DNA of 63,891 nt, the filler included, from Octopus bimaculoides (taxonomy: Eukaryota): the NCBI RefSeq assembly GCF_001194135.2. It is 7 parts of 6 records of this genome, joined end to end, with 100 filler letters (N's around TTAATTAATTAA, not from the genome) between each part and the next. Parts side by side here need not be neighbours in the genome. Positions count along the whole stretch, not along the records: positions 44,178 to 49,882 come from NC_069008.1; positions 49,983 to 53,513 come from NC_068983.1; positions 53,614 to 60,221 come from NC_068986.1; 4 more parts are not named here. One strand, given 5' to 3'. Positions within the stretch are counted from its first letter, which is position 1; each line of letters begins with the position of its first letter. The notes beneath the pieces are model-generated. The model did no database searches, had not been told where the DNA came from, and saw only the letters and a program-made list of their open reading frames with translations. Below are positions 48,481 to 60,321 of the stretch, one piece after another. The translations under genes were made by a program, and so were the position numbers.

Positions 48481-49872
48481 GGGGGGAATGGGATTTTTTA
48501 AAGTCGGCGTGAATGAGACAGAGAGAGCGCGATTGTATGAGGGAAGTTCTTTTGAAGTTGGCGTGAAGCGGAAGAATTGGTGTGTGTTTGATGAGGTGTG
48601 CGAGACAGAAGGTGCTTTTGTTAGTGTGTGTGAAATGCTGCTGTGTATGTATGTGAGAGAGAGAGCTAACTGATATTTTTTTGTTCACTTTTTGTAGTGA
48701 TTGATTGACAGGAGAAGCGAGAGAAGGAGGTTATGTATGAATGGCTTCGGGATGCTCCGGTTTTTATAGTGGGCAGCGCCACCGCCCATTTTCTACGAGG
48801 CTTCGAGCGACCGAACGAAGGATCAAATAGAGTCCCGACATTCGTGGACAGAACCACGCGTCCAGGGGGTGAATCCATCCGCCTGCGGGATTGGCTGCTA
48901 TCCCTCGATGCACGGATCATAACCGCACAGAAGTGAAAGTAGAAAAATATGACAAGGGACGTTACTGCTGGTTTGAGTTGATTCTTTGGCTACTGACAGC
49001 TAATACCATGACTCAAACCAGCAGTAACGTTCCTTGTCAGTTCTACTTTCACTTCTGACAGCTAATACCATGACAGTGCCAAAAATTTTATTCACTTTTT
49101 GTAGTGAGTGGAATGTGTAACTGACAGAGAAAAGGAGAGAGGTTATGTATGTATGTGTAAGGGACGACCGTGCGAACTCATAAAAGGAGAAATGGTGACA
49201 AATGGAAAAACAGAGGACTCCTTTTATTTTAACACGTCACACGGTCGAACACACAATAATATATCGATGATATGCATAATATGTTATACGACGATAACAT
49301 AGATGACCAGTAATGAAAGACCACAACCGTATTAGATGAATAACAGAGATATTTATTGTAGCGTTAAAGATGTATGTCTGTGTGAGAGTGTGAATGCGAC
49401 ATATAAGAACATTATCAAAGACAGGCCGTCATGCAAAGAAAAGTGTGTATGTGAGTGATACATGTATGTGTATGAGAATATTACAGCAGATGGAAAGAGA
49501 GTCAATATATATGGACCGAGACAAACTTGTTGGGTATGAGTTAAAGCTATTTATAACAAACTATTGGCTCCCGAAGGCTTCAGAATTTTACTCTATCACG
49601 TGACCTTATTAGGGGCCGTGATTGGTCAGTTTGCGTTCTGGCAGGAAAGGTTCTCTACTACGCTCGCATTTATTTATATTTATATGAGAAGATTGTATGT
49701 AATGGCGATAGTAGTTTGTATCTAATGGCGGGAGGTAGTTTCACTACATATGTATGGCTTCAGTGACACACACACACAGACGGTATGCCAACTTCAAAAG
49801 GACTTCCCCGGTCCAATCGCGCTCTTTCTGCCACTTTCGCTTTTATGCCGACTTGAAAGATACCCCCACCCC
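48481..49872. mobile_element. Old element bounded by diverged inverted arms of about 100-120 bp
   Basis: 48481-48600 (aagtcggc..agagcgcgattg..gggaagt.cttttgaagttggc) matches the reverse complement of 49772-49872. Confidence 0.45.
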
Positions 49873-50924
49873 ACATATATAANNNNNNNNNNNNNNNNNN
49901 NNNNNNNNNNNNNNNNNNNNNNNNNNTTAATTAATTAANNNNNNNNNNNNNNNNNNNNNNNNNNNNNNNNNNNNNNNNNNNNATATATGTATGTATGTAT
50001 GTATATAAATTCATATATACATATATATTTTCTATGTGTTGAGATCTAAGTATATATATATATATATATTGATGCACGAACACACACACACACAAGCACA
50101 CACAAACACATACGCAAGGACACTCATACACACATATATATGAAACATTTGTATATGTGCATATGCATACTTGTGTGCGTGTTTTTACGATATTTTATTA
50201 AGATATCGAGGTGCAAGTAAACTCTAAATTTTCGATGGGTAGATAAACTGCAATAGTTTTCTTGCATGACAGATTTATTGAGCTTTCATCTGGAAGGAAC
50301 AAATATATTTCTTTTGATATTCTTCATTGTACAATATTTTATACCAGTCACCGCCATATTCTCCACTTCCCAGCCGTTATGCATACAACTAGAATATGAA
50401 TTTTCGTTAAACATTTCATTTTCGTCTTTGTTGAATATACGTAACATTCATATGGTAGTGGTTGCAGAAAAGACAGTGACGCTACAAAAATAAATGTGTG
50501 TCTGTGTATTCGTATAATTCTGTAAGTATACATGTATACGTCTATTTTGCATACAAAGGAAACCAATATCTTAATGATTTTACATATAATATGTAAGCTA
50601 AATCCACTCACGAGAAAACTAAATATCCTCTCACTCAAATATACGTGCAGATACACATGCACGTACACATTAAAATATACACACGGACATATTTGTTTGC
50701 ACGCTCATACACACGTACGCCCGACACACACACACACACACAGACACGCACACTAACGGTTTGCGTCATAATTGTAGATCTTGAAATAAGTAAATTATAA
50801 AGTGATAGCATATAAAAAAATCTTTGCAAAGAAAATAAACGAAGGCCGTTCCACTTCGAGTTCTACATTTAAAATGAAATGACGTATCGTCCTTTCAAAG
50901 ATGCATGCTATTTTAGGTGGTAGG

Positions 50925-51160
50925 AACAAAGCTGGCAGAATCATTAGCACACCGGACGAGATAATCAGCGGTATTTCGTCTGTCGTTACGTTCTGAGTTT
51001 AAATTCTGCCGAGGTAGACATTGCCTTTCATCCTTTCGGGGTCGATAAATTAAGTACCAGTTACGCACTGGGGTAGATGTAATCGACTTAATCCCTTTGT
51101 CTGTCCTTGTTTGTCCCCTCTATGTTTAGCCCCTTGTGACAATTAAGCAATAAGAAACAA
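50925..51160 (+). mobile_element. Full-length tRNA-derived SINE with Meta-like central domain
   Basis: agctggcagaatcattagc..gttctgagtttaaattc..GCCTTTCATCCTTTCGGGGTCGATAAATTAAGTACCAG. The domain name is from recall of Sauria/MetaSINE sequences. Confidence 0.8.
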
Positions 51161-51957
51161 AGCTTCTAAAAGTAATGTTTCTCAAAAGATTGCTCTGTTC
51201 CAGCGGCAGAACATGTCGTGTGATTGTGAGTCCGTCTTCGACTTTGTATGCCCCTAAAATGATTTTAAACCTATATTTAAAATCTATGATTTATAGCTTA
51301 TTCTAATACAATTTCTCAGGTCAAACATTACTAAGTTTCCGTACTTTTAAAACACGATGAACAATCTTACTCGACTTTCGGACTTCATTGTGTTCTTATT
51401 AGAGCTGTCTGCAACAATTTGACCAAACCTATAGGGAAAAGCAGACACTATGTATATACTCAACAAACCAAGTAGCTGAAGAGAACTGAGGCAACTAATT
51501 TGCATACCATAAGTGTTTAATAATTTTATTTAATATCAGGTGCCCGTCATCTGGGATGGCAGTCCACAGAGTATCAAGGTGTTGTATATGTAATTTTATG
51601 AAGTACATAAATTAACAGAGGAAACTTAAATATTACTCTAATTCAGCTGTACACGACTAATGTTAGTCGACATGCCAGCAATGGCACGTAACCTATAGAT
51701 TAAAGAATGGTTTCGGTTGTGTGTTTGATTCATAATCATAAAATTGTATTTTAAATCTCTATCCGAGCCAGGAGGTCTAATGTCTTTCGACATAGCACTT
51801 TCGATGTTATTGAATACGAATCAATTTTCCTACGGGAGGGTGTTCATTCTAGCTGTCACGTCTTTGTCATTCCGTTAGGTCAAACGTGAGTTTGACATGA
51901 ACGTATTTACTTTTGCTCGTGTTTTCATAGATATGTGAAGCAATTAGGGTATATATA

Positions 51958-53478
51958 GACCCAGAATCACGTTAATAACTTAAGAGTAAAATTCATAATT
52001 TCTCGGTTTTCTGTGAATCGAGTTTGGTAAAATTTTTGCTGGGTGGTTTGCACACTATGGCACCACAATTGTTATGTTTTCATTATTCTGCGTAATATCC
52101 TTTCTTTTTTATTTCAAATTCTTCAGTTTTGGGGTGAACTACGCTAATAGCTTTAGAATGAAAATTTCCCATCCAGACGTTTTCTTTTAGAAAATAAAGG
52201 GTAATGATACATATTAAGCGTAGATTGAGAATATAGTAAACAGAAAACCATAATAATATCATAACATCTATTGACGTAATGAACTATTTAGCCACATGAG
52301 CGTGAAAGAAGGAACGATCCAATTGTGGAAACTCGAAGACTGACAGCTAGGGATTTAAAGAATATTGACCGCAAATTACGTTGGAATCCTGGACAAACAA
52401 GCAAAGCCATTTTCACCACCTACGGACTTTCTCATCTACCAAAAAACACCAGAAATCACATCCTCGGTACCGTGGCGTCCGTGCGAGAACCACCTTAAAC
52501 TGCCTCTTCACAGGAGTTTGCGGCTTCATGGGCCTAAAATACATGATGTTTGACTTGAGTTGTGTTCTGTTCACTGACGAAACCAAGGCGACCCTTCACG
52601 AACCTAATGGTTGGGCAAAGGGTTGAGTCTATTTTGGAGATGAGCATCACCAATGTTTACGGCAACAACAGAGTAGAGGAGTCAGGTTGTGGGCTGATAT
52701 CATTGGAGACGGACTTGTTGGCCCAGTCTGGGTTCCGAAGAGGTTGAAAAAGTTAAAATGACGGCAGCCTCCTACTACAATCTCCTAAAGGAGGTCTTGG
52801 ATCACTGGCTACCTGACATATTGCAGTCACGTCTAAGAAACCAAGTATTCATGTATGACAACGCTCCCTTCCGCTCTGTTAGACCCACCCACACATTCCT
52901 AGAGTCTTACGACATGCAGGGTAAAAGGTTGATGGTGTGGCCGTTAGCATTTCCGGATCTCAATCCTATCGAACATCTTTGGTCCATCATTAAGCAAAAT
53001 GTTTATGACGATGAACACCGATTTACGTCGAAAGATGTCTTATGGACGACCATGAAAGCTGCAGCCGAGGCGGTCAAACCTGTTACTATTAAGAACTTGA
53101 CACGTTCCATGACTAACAGGGTTTTTGAAGTTATCCGTCGTAATGGTGCTCAGGTGGCTAAATAATTCATTATGTCAATAAAGGTTATGATATTATGGTT
53201 TTCTGTTAAGTATATACTGAATCTAAACTTAATATTTATCATTACCCTTCATTTTCTGAAAAACAAATATGCCTAGATGGGCTATTTTCATTCAAAAGCT
53301 GTTAGTGTGGTTCACCATAAAACTGAAATAAAAACGGATAGACGTTACACAGAATAGGAAAACATATGGATAGTGTTGCCATAGTGTGTAAACCACCTGG
53401 GAAAATTTTATCAAAATCGATTCACAGAAAACCGGGAAATCCTAAATTTCTCTCCTAAGCTATTAGCTTATTTCTGGT

Positions 53479-53480
<2 letters not shown>
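51958..53480 (+). pseudogene. Tc1-superfamily DD37E (TRT-like) transposon relic with TIRs of about 340 bp
   Basis: VLFTDETKATLHEPNGW...MYDNAP-..-WPLAFPDLNPIEH, with 37 residues between the second D and E. TIRs at about 51958-52301 and 53147-53480, flanked by TA. Confidence 0.85.
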
Positions 53481-53513
<33 letters not shown>

Positions 53514-53673
53514 NNNNNNNNNNNNNNNNNNNNNNNNNNNNNNNNNNNNNNNNNNNNTTAATTAATTAANNNNNNNNNNNNNNNNNNNNNNNNNNNNNNN
53601 NNNNNNNNNNNNNACACACACACACACACACTGATGTATATAAATATATGTGTGCGTGTGTGTATGCACGCGC

Positions 53674-53721
<48 letters not shown>

Positions 53722-54112
53722 GTGTTTCTGTGTATGCATGTAATTACGGATATATGTATATATGCATGTACTGAAACTGGGCACTCCGTCGATTACGTTG
53801 ACGAGTGTTCCAGATTATCTGATCTATGGAACATTCTGCTCGTGAAAATAACATGTTAGTGGCCGAGTACTCTGCAGACACGCCTACCCTTATCGTAGTT
53901 TTCAAGAAGGTATTGGGCCTACACACTAACTACGACAGCGCGGCGCAGGATTTCTGCATCTTTAATGTTATCATCTACGTATACATCTACATCTGGAATG
54001 CTATCCTGCCATATGATCTGCAAGATGGAGCGCAGATGACTAAGTTGGACACGCGTCAGATACGTACGTACATACGTACGTACATACATACATACATACA
54101 TGCATACATACA

Positions 54113-54146
<34 letters not shown>

Positions 54147-54208
54147 CACACACACATACATACATACATACATACATACATACATACATGCTTACTTACA
54201 TACATACA

Positions 54209-54592
54209 TTGTTGTTGGCACTCCGTCGCTTACGACGTCGAGGGTTCCAGTTGATCCAATCAACGGAACAGCCTGCTCGTGAAATTAACGTGCAAATGGC
54301 TGAGCACTCCACAGACACGTGTACCCTTAACGTAGTTCTCGGGGATATTCAGCGTGACACAGTGTGACAAGGCTGACCCTTTGAATTACAGGCACAGCAG
54401 AAACAGGAAGTAAGAGTGAGAGAAAGTTGTGGTGAAGGAGTACAGCAGGGTTCGCCACCATTCTCTGCCGGAGCCCCGTGGAGCTTTAGGTGTTTTCGCT
54501 CAATAAACACTCACAACGCCCGGTCTGGGAATCGAAACTGCGATCCTATGACCGCGAGTCCGCTGCTCTAACCACTGGGCCATTGCTACTCC
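54209..54592 (-). mobile_element. Full-length young tRNA-derived SINE (head type A)
   Basis: Reverse complement of the 36304/55851 family with (AAC)n tail, embedded in (ATAC)n. A tail-only fragment also lies at about 53775-53870. Confidence 0.9.
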
Positions 54593-54617
54593 ACACATAC
54601 ATACATACATACATACA

Positions 54618-54650
<33 letters not shown>

Positions 54651-55251
54651 TCATGCATACATACAGAGGTTGGATAAAATAATGGAAACGCCAATTCTTT
54701 TGATTATTCTTTCTACTCCTGACATATTCAGAATTGAGTAAAATTGTATTGATATAAGCCTTATATTTTATGGTAAAACCCTCTGTATTTCTTTTTGGCA
54801 TGTGAGTTAAAATACGCGAACTCTTAAATTTCTAGAATGTATTGTTTATTGAACTTTGACGCTGAAGCTTCAATCATCAAACAGCTGAATTGTTTAATGT
54901 TTTGGGAGGTAAAGTCTCATGCTTGCATTCTAAAACCGAGGTAAAACCGACTCTGGTAAGTATAATTCTAGACAGAGAACATAGGTCGTAGAGGGCAACC
55001 GCAGAATTGTGAAGCGTATTGTATCTAAAATCCATCGAACAACGGTAGCAAATGTGACAGCAGAGATAAACTACATCTTTGCCAATCCTATATCGAAAAA
55101 CATCCTTTGCGAACTCCACATAGCTGGATACGATGGGGAAAACTGCAGTTACTGAATCTCTTCTGCTATTGTAGCAAGATTCGAAACCGAATCGACGAAT
55201 TGCTTTTGTGGCATTATATCTGTTTTGATGAATTATCATTCACTCTTTTCT

Positions 55252-55628
55252 GTGGTTGTGTGGTAAGTAGCTTGGTTACCAGCCACATGCTTCCGGGTTC
55301 AGTTCCATTGCGTGGCACCTTGAGCAAGTGTTTTCTATAACCTTGGGCCAACCAAAGCTTTGTGAGTTGATTTGGTAGACAGAAACTGAAACAAGCTCGT
55401 CGTATGTGTGTGTGTGCGTGTGTGTGTGTGTGTGTGTCTCCAGCATCACTTGACAACCGATGCTGGTCTGTTTTCGTCCCCGTAACTTAGCGGTTCGGCA
55501 AAAGAGACCGATAGAATAAGTACTAGGCTTACAAAAAATAAGTCCTGGGGTCGATTTGCTCGACTAATGGCAGTGCTCCAGCATGGTCGCAGTTAAATGA
55601 CAGAAACGAATAAAAGAATAAAAGAATG
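55252..55628 (+). mobile_element. Full-length tRNA/CORE-like SINE with internal (TG)n
   Basis: gtggttgtgtggtaag..ccgggttcagttcc..gtggcaccttgagcaagtg..(TG)n..gaataagtactagg..tail (AATAAAAG)x2. Confidence 0.85.
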
Positions 55629-55850
55629 TCTGGAGGCAGCTCAAAGAACCCTTCGATCCTGACTGTTCCTGTTATGAAGCATGGAGTTGACCCTGCAATA
55701 ATTTGGGCAGCCATTTTACGGGATTCACTTGGTCCATCAATTGTTTTTATATGACGAACTTAACATCAAATATTATCTCTGTTTCGGTTGACCATGTCTA
55801 TCCTATATTTCAAACATTGTTCTTTGTGGACTGCGTAACCTTCTTGGGGT

Positions 55851-56088
55851 GGAGGCGCAATGGCCCAGTGGTTAGGGCAGCGGACTCGCGGTCATAGGAT
55901 CGCGGTTTCGATTCCCAGACCGGCCGTTGTGAGTGTTTATTGAGCGAAAACACCTAAAGCTCCACGAAGTTCCGGCAGGGGATGGTGGCGAACCCTGCTC
56001 TACTCTTTCACCACAACTTTCTCTCACTCTTACTTCCTGTTTCTGTTGTACCTGTAATTCAAAAAGGTCAGCCTTGTCACATTTGTGT
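55851..56088 (+). mobile_element. tRNA-derived SINE head type A (truncated by gap)
   Basis: GGAGGCGCAATGGCCCAGTGGTTAGGGCAGCGGACTCGCGGTC..GGTTTCGATTCCC. Confidence 0.9.
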
Positions 56089-56655
56089 NNNNNNNNNNNN
56101 NNNNNNNNNNNNNNNNNNNNNNNNNNNNNNNNNNNNNNNNNNNNNNNNNNNNNNNNNNNNNNNNNNNNNNNNNNNNNNNNNNNNNNNNNNNNNNNNNNNN
56201 NNNNNNNNNNNNNNNNNNNNNNNNNNNNNNNNNNNNNNNNNNNNNNNNNNNNNNNNNNNNNNNNNNNNNNNNNNNNNNNNNNNNNNNNNNNNNNNNNNNN
56301 NNNNNNNNNNNNNNNNNNNNNNNNNNNNNNNNNNNNNNNNNNNNNNNNNNNNNNNNNNNNNNNNNNNNNNNNNNNNNNNNNNNNNNNNNNNNNNNNNNNN
56401 NNNNNNNNNNNNNNNNNNNNNNNNNNNNNNNNNNNNNNNNNNNNNNNNNNNNNNNNNNNNNNNNNNNNNNNNNNNNNNNNNNNNNNNNNNNNNNNNNNNN
56501 NNNNNNNNNNNNNNNNNNNNNNNNNNNNNNNNNNNNNNNNNNNNNNNNNNNNNNNNNNNNNNNNNNNNNNNNNNNNNNNNNNNNNNNNNNNNNNNNNNNN
56601 NNNNNNNNNNNNNNNNNNNNNNNNNNNNNNNNNNNNNNNNNNNNNNNNNNNNNNN

Positions 56656-56699
<44 letters not shown>

Positions 56700-56986
56700 A
56701 CCAGATCTCAATATAATCGAGCATTTAAGATGCATTTTAGAACTGCTTCCCTCCACCATCATCGAAGAAAGACCTAAAATGGGTTTTACTTAAAGAATGG
56801 CTCAAAATTCTCCTTACAACCGTTCAGAATCTGTACTAGAAAATTTCTCACTCAATTAAAGCTGTGGTTGGGGTAAAAGATGGACAGACCCCAAATTATT
56901 TTAACAAGTTTTTTTCCATTATTTTGTCCGACATTTTTATACGTAGGTATTTGCATGCATATGTAATATGTATATTCATGGATATA

Positions 56987-57869
56987 TGAGTTCTGATCAA
57001 TAAGTATCCGTACTGTTGCCATAGTAACGAAGCTAAAAGACGCAGAGTAAGCTGCTCGGCACAGATTGACCTTAAACTCTGCTGCGCATGCGCACTAAGT
57101 TTTGACGCTCTAACTCACTTCTGCTATTTACAGCAGTGCTTTCAAGGAAGGTGTGTAGCGTTTGATCGTTGCATTGTCCATGACGGAGAAAGTTGTCATG
57201 GCGATACCTGCTCAGAGGCCGGCACAAAGTTGCAGAAAGTGTATAGAGAGAAGTGTACGAACTGCACACATGTGTATGAGTGGTTCAGACGTTTCCGAGA
57301 TACCTGAAAAAATGTTGATATTGACGAAGGTTCTGGGAGACATACAACCAGCAGAATTGAGAAAAACATCACAGATGTGCGTGCAGCAGTGACGAAAAAT
57401 CCTCGAATCCCCATCCGTGAGTTATGAGAAGATGTGCAGTTTAGTTAAGGTTCAGTTCAGTCCATTATCGCTAAAGATTTTGGGAATGAGACGCGTGTCT
57501 GCTAAGTTTGTGCCAAAACTGCTTTCAGCTTACCGATAAGACGCTCGGGTTTCAGTTGCACGAGATATCTTTGATTGTGTCGAAAACGATGAAAACTTTT
57601 TGAAAACATTGCGTAGGCTTCTGAGCAGGTATCGCCAAGCTTTTGGCAAAATTTGATGCAGATTCTCTGCTCAATTTTCTCTGTCATGATCAATGCGACG
57701 ATCACACGCTACACACCTTCCTTCCAAGCACTGCTGTAAACAGGGAAGTAAGCTAGAACGTTAAAATTTAGTGCGCATACACAGCAGAGTTTAAGCCAAG
57801 CGGCTTTACTTTTCGTGTTTTAGCTTTGTTACTATGGCAACAAACCCGGTACTTATAAATCAGACCACG
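56987..57869. mobile_element. Mariner derivative built from two inverted 5' ends
   Basis: TA-flanked. The first about 200 bp are mirrored at about 57670-57869. Plus strand: MTEK..VYEWFRRF..MRRVSAKFVPKLL. Minus strand: MTEKIEQRICIKFCQKLGDTCSEA. Confidence 0.8.
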
Positions 57870-58286
57870 TACACATACTTGCACACATACATACATACAA
57901 ACATACGTAAGTACATACATTCGTACGTACATGCATGCACACACAAACAGACATATACACACAGACACACACACACACACACTAATACACTACATACTAC
58001 ACATACATGATGGCTGTCAACTCGTTAGACGAGTATGACCATCGGCGATTGGAGTCCGCAACTCCCATGCAAGGGTTTTAAATCGCGGCTCACACACCAC
58101 AGTAACTCTCACTAGAAATAGCAAGAAGCCCAGAGATAGGCAAAGTGCAAGAAATGCGGCTTAGTAGAGCATTAGGCTTTATTATACGGGTTAATCTCTT
58201 CCTAGAAGGATGTCTTGATAAAGACCAGGAGCCCCTCATTCCCAGTAGGTTTACAGCACCCTCGAACATTCCAGCGCATACATACA

Positions 58287-58615
58287 TTGATGGAGCACTC
58301 CGTCGGTTACGACGACGATGATCCCAGCTGATCCGATCAACGGAACAGCCTGCTCCTGAAATTAACGTGCAAGTGACTGAGCAATCCACAGACACGTGTA
58401 CCCTCAACATAGTTCTTTGGGGAGATTCAGCGGGGAAAGTGTGATGAGGCCGGCCCATTGAAATACATACTACTACTCATTTTTGCCAGCTGAGTGGACT
58501 GGAGCAACGTGAAATAAAGTGTCTTGCTCACGGACACAACGCGTCGCCGGGAATTGAACTCACGACCTTACGATCGTGAGTCAAATGCCCTAACCACTAA
58601 GCCACGCGCCTTCAC
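58287..58615 (-). mobile_element. Full-length tRNA-derived SINE (head type B, shared tail)
   Basis: Reverse complement GTGAAGGCGCGTGGCTTAGTGGTTAGGG..GTGAGTTCAATTCCC..GTGTCCGTGAGCAAGACACTTT. Confidence 0.85.
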
Positions 58616-58655
58616 TCACATACATACATACATACATAATGCACACATAATGCAT

Positions 58656-58707
<52 letters not shown>

Positions 58708-59412
58708 TTATACACATACAAACATACACGTCAAAAAAGATATTGGTAATATCAGTAATAATNNNNNNNNNNNNNNNNNNNNNNNNNNNNNNNNNNNNNN
58801 NNNNNNNNNNNNNNNNNNNNNNNNNNNNNNNNNNNNNNNNNNNNNNNNNNNNNNNNNNNNNNNNNNNNNNNNNNNNNNNNNNNNNNNNNNNNNNNNNNNN
58901 NNNNNNNNNNNNNNNNNNNNNNNNNNNNNNNNNNNNNNNNNNNNNNNNNNNNNNNNNNNNNNNNNNNNNNNNNNNNNNNNNNNNNNNNNNNNNNNNNNNN
59001 NNNNNNNNNNNNNNNNNNNNNNNNNNNNNNNNNNNNNNNNNNNNNNNNNNNNNNNNNNNNNNNNNNNNNNNNNNNNNNNNNNNNNNNNNNNNNNNNNNNN
59101 NNNNNNNNNNNNNNNNNNNNNNNNNNNNNNNNNNNNNNNNNNNNNNNNNNNNNNNNNNNNNNNNNNNNNNNNNNNNNNNNNNNNNNNNNNNNNNNNNNNN
59201 NNNNNNNNNNNNNNNNNNNNNNNNNNNNNNNNNNNNNNNNNNNNNNNNNNNNNNNNNNNNNNNNNNNNNNNNNNNNNNNNNNNNNNNNNNNNNNNNNNNN
59301 NNNNNNNNNNNNNNNNNNNNNNNNNNNNNNNNNNNNNNNNNNNNNNNNNNNNNNNNNNNNNNNNNNNNNNNNNNNNNNNNNNNNNNNNNNNNNNNNNNNN
59401 NNNNNNNNNNNN

Positions 59413-59645
59413 GTACTCTTTCACCACAACTTTCTCTCACTCATACTTCCTGTTTCTGTTGTGCCTGTAATTCAAAGGGTCAGCCTTGTCACACTGTCAC
59501 GCTGAATATCCCCGAGAACTACGTTAAGAGTACACGTGTCTGTGGAGTACTCAGCCACTTGCACGTTAATTTCACGAGCAGGCTGTTCCGTTGATCGGAT
59601 CAACTAGAACCCTCGACGTCGCAAGCGACAGAGTGCCAACAACAA
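59413..59645 (+). mobile_element. 3' half of a head-type-A SINE
   Basis: Colinear with 36470-36680 and ends gtgccaacaacaaca. Confidence 0.85.
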
Positions 59646-59667
59646 CATAGCATGATGGCGGAGGAAC

Positions 59668-59990
59668 CTATGGATGGTCGAAGTCAATCCAGCCATGATC
59701 ACGTCACCGATTTTCCTTTTTTTTCTCTAGAACATAGTGTATCAACACCTTTACTATTTAATGAGCACAGGTCTGTCGTGGTCGTGTAGAGACCTATGAT
59801 CAAAGATATTCCAGCCGTGACCACCACTACCTCAATATTTTTTTTTCTCTCATACATAGTAACATCAAGGACTATACTATTTTACGAGTACGGGTCAAAC
59901 GTGGCCGTGTTTAGCCCCATGGTCAAATTTATTTCCGTCGTGACAACCCCATCAGTTATTTTTCTTTCAGACATACTGTATCGAAGATTA
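59668..59990. repeat. Degenerate tandem repeat, about 125-bp unit x2.5
   Basis: Recurring CC(T/C)ATG..TCCAGCC(A/G)TGA..TTTTTTCTCT..ACATAGT..TACTATTT..GTGG(T/C)CGTGT. Confidence 0.6.
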
Positions 59991-60047
59991 TTCTGTTTAA
60001 TCTGTCCTTTCTCTTTTTTTTTTTTAATTTTTTTTATTTATTCGCTA

Positions 60048-60211
60048 GGCATAGGAGTGGCTGTGTGGTAAGTAACTTGCTTACCAACCACATGGTTCCG
60101 GGTTCAGTCGCACTGCATGGCACCTTGGACAAGTGTCTTCTACTATAGCCTCGGGCCGACGAAAGCCTTGTGAGTGGACTCGGTAGACGGAAACTGAAAG
60201 AAGCCCATCAT
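60048..60211 (+). mobile_element. tRNA/CORE-like SINE 5' half
   Basis: ggcataggagtggctgtgtggtaagtaacttgc..ggcaccttggacaagtgtcttctactatagcc..gacggaaactgaaagaagccc. Confidence 0.85.
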
Positions 60212-60321
60212 ATATATGTATNNNNNNNNNNNNNNNNNNNNNNNNNNNNNNNNNNNNNNNNNNNNTTAATTAATTAANNNNNNNNNNNNNNNNNNNNNNN
60301 NNNNNNNNNNNNNNNNNNNNN

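Larger units (their letters stand above)
54664..56937 (+). mobile_element. Degenerate Tc1-like element interrupted by two SINEs and a gap
   Basis: TIRs TA|CAGAGGTTGGATAAAATAATGGAAA and TTTCCATTATTTTGTCCGAC. Relics RIVKRIVSKIHRTTVANVTAE, FDELSFTLF, VWRQLKEPFDP, IIWAAI and QSPDLNIIEH. Confidence 0.75.

Noticed and set aside
55851-55925. tRNA-like sequences (also 26114, 36304, 58540-58615, 60048)
   Set aside because: Acceptor stems do not close, and each continues into a SINE body. These are SINE heads, not tRNA genes.
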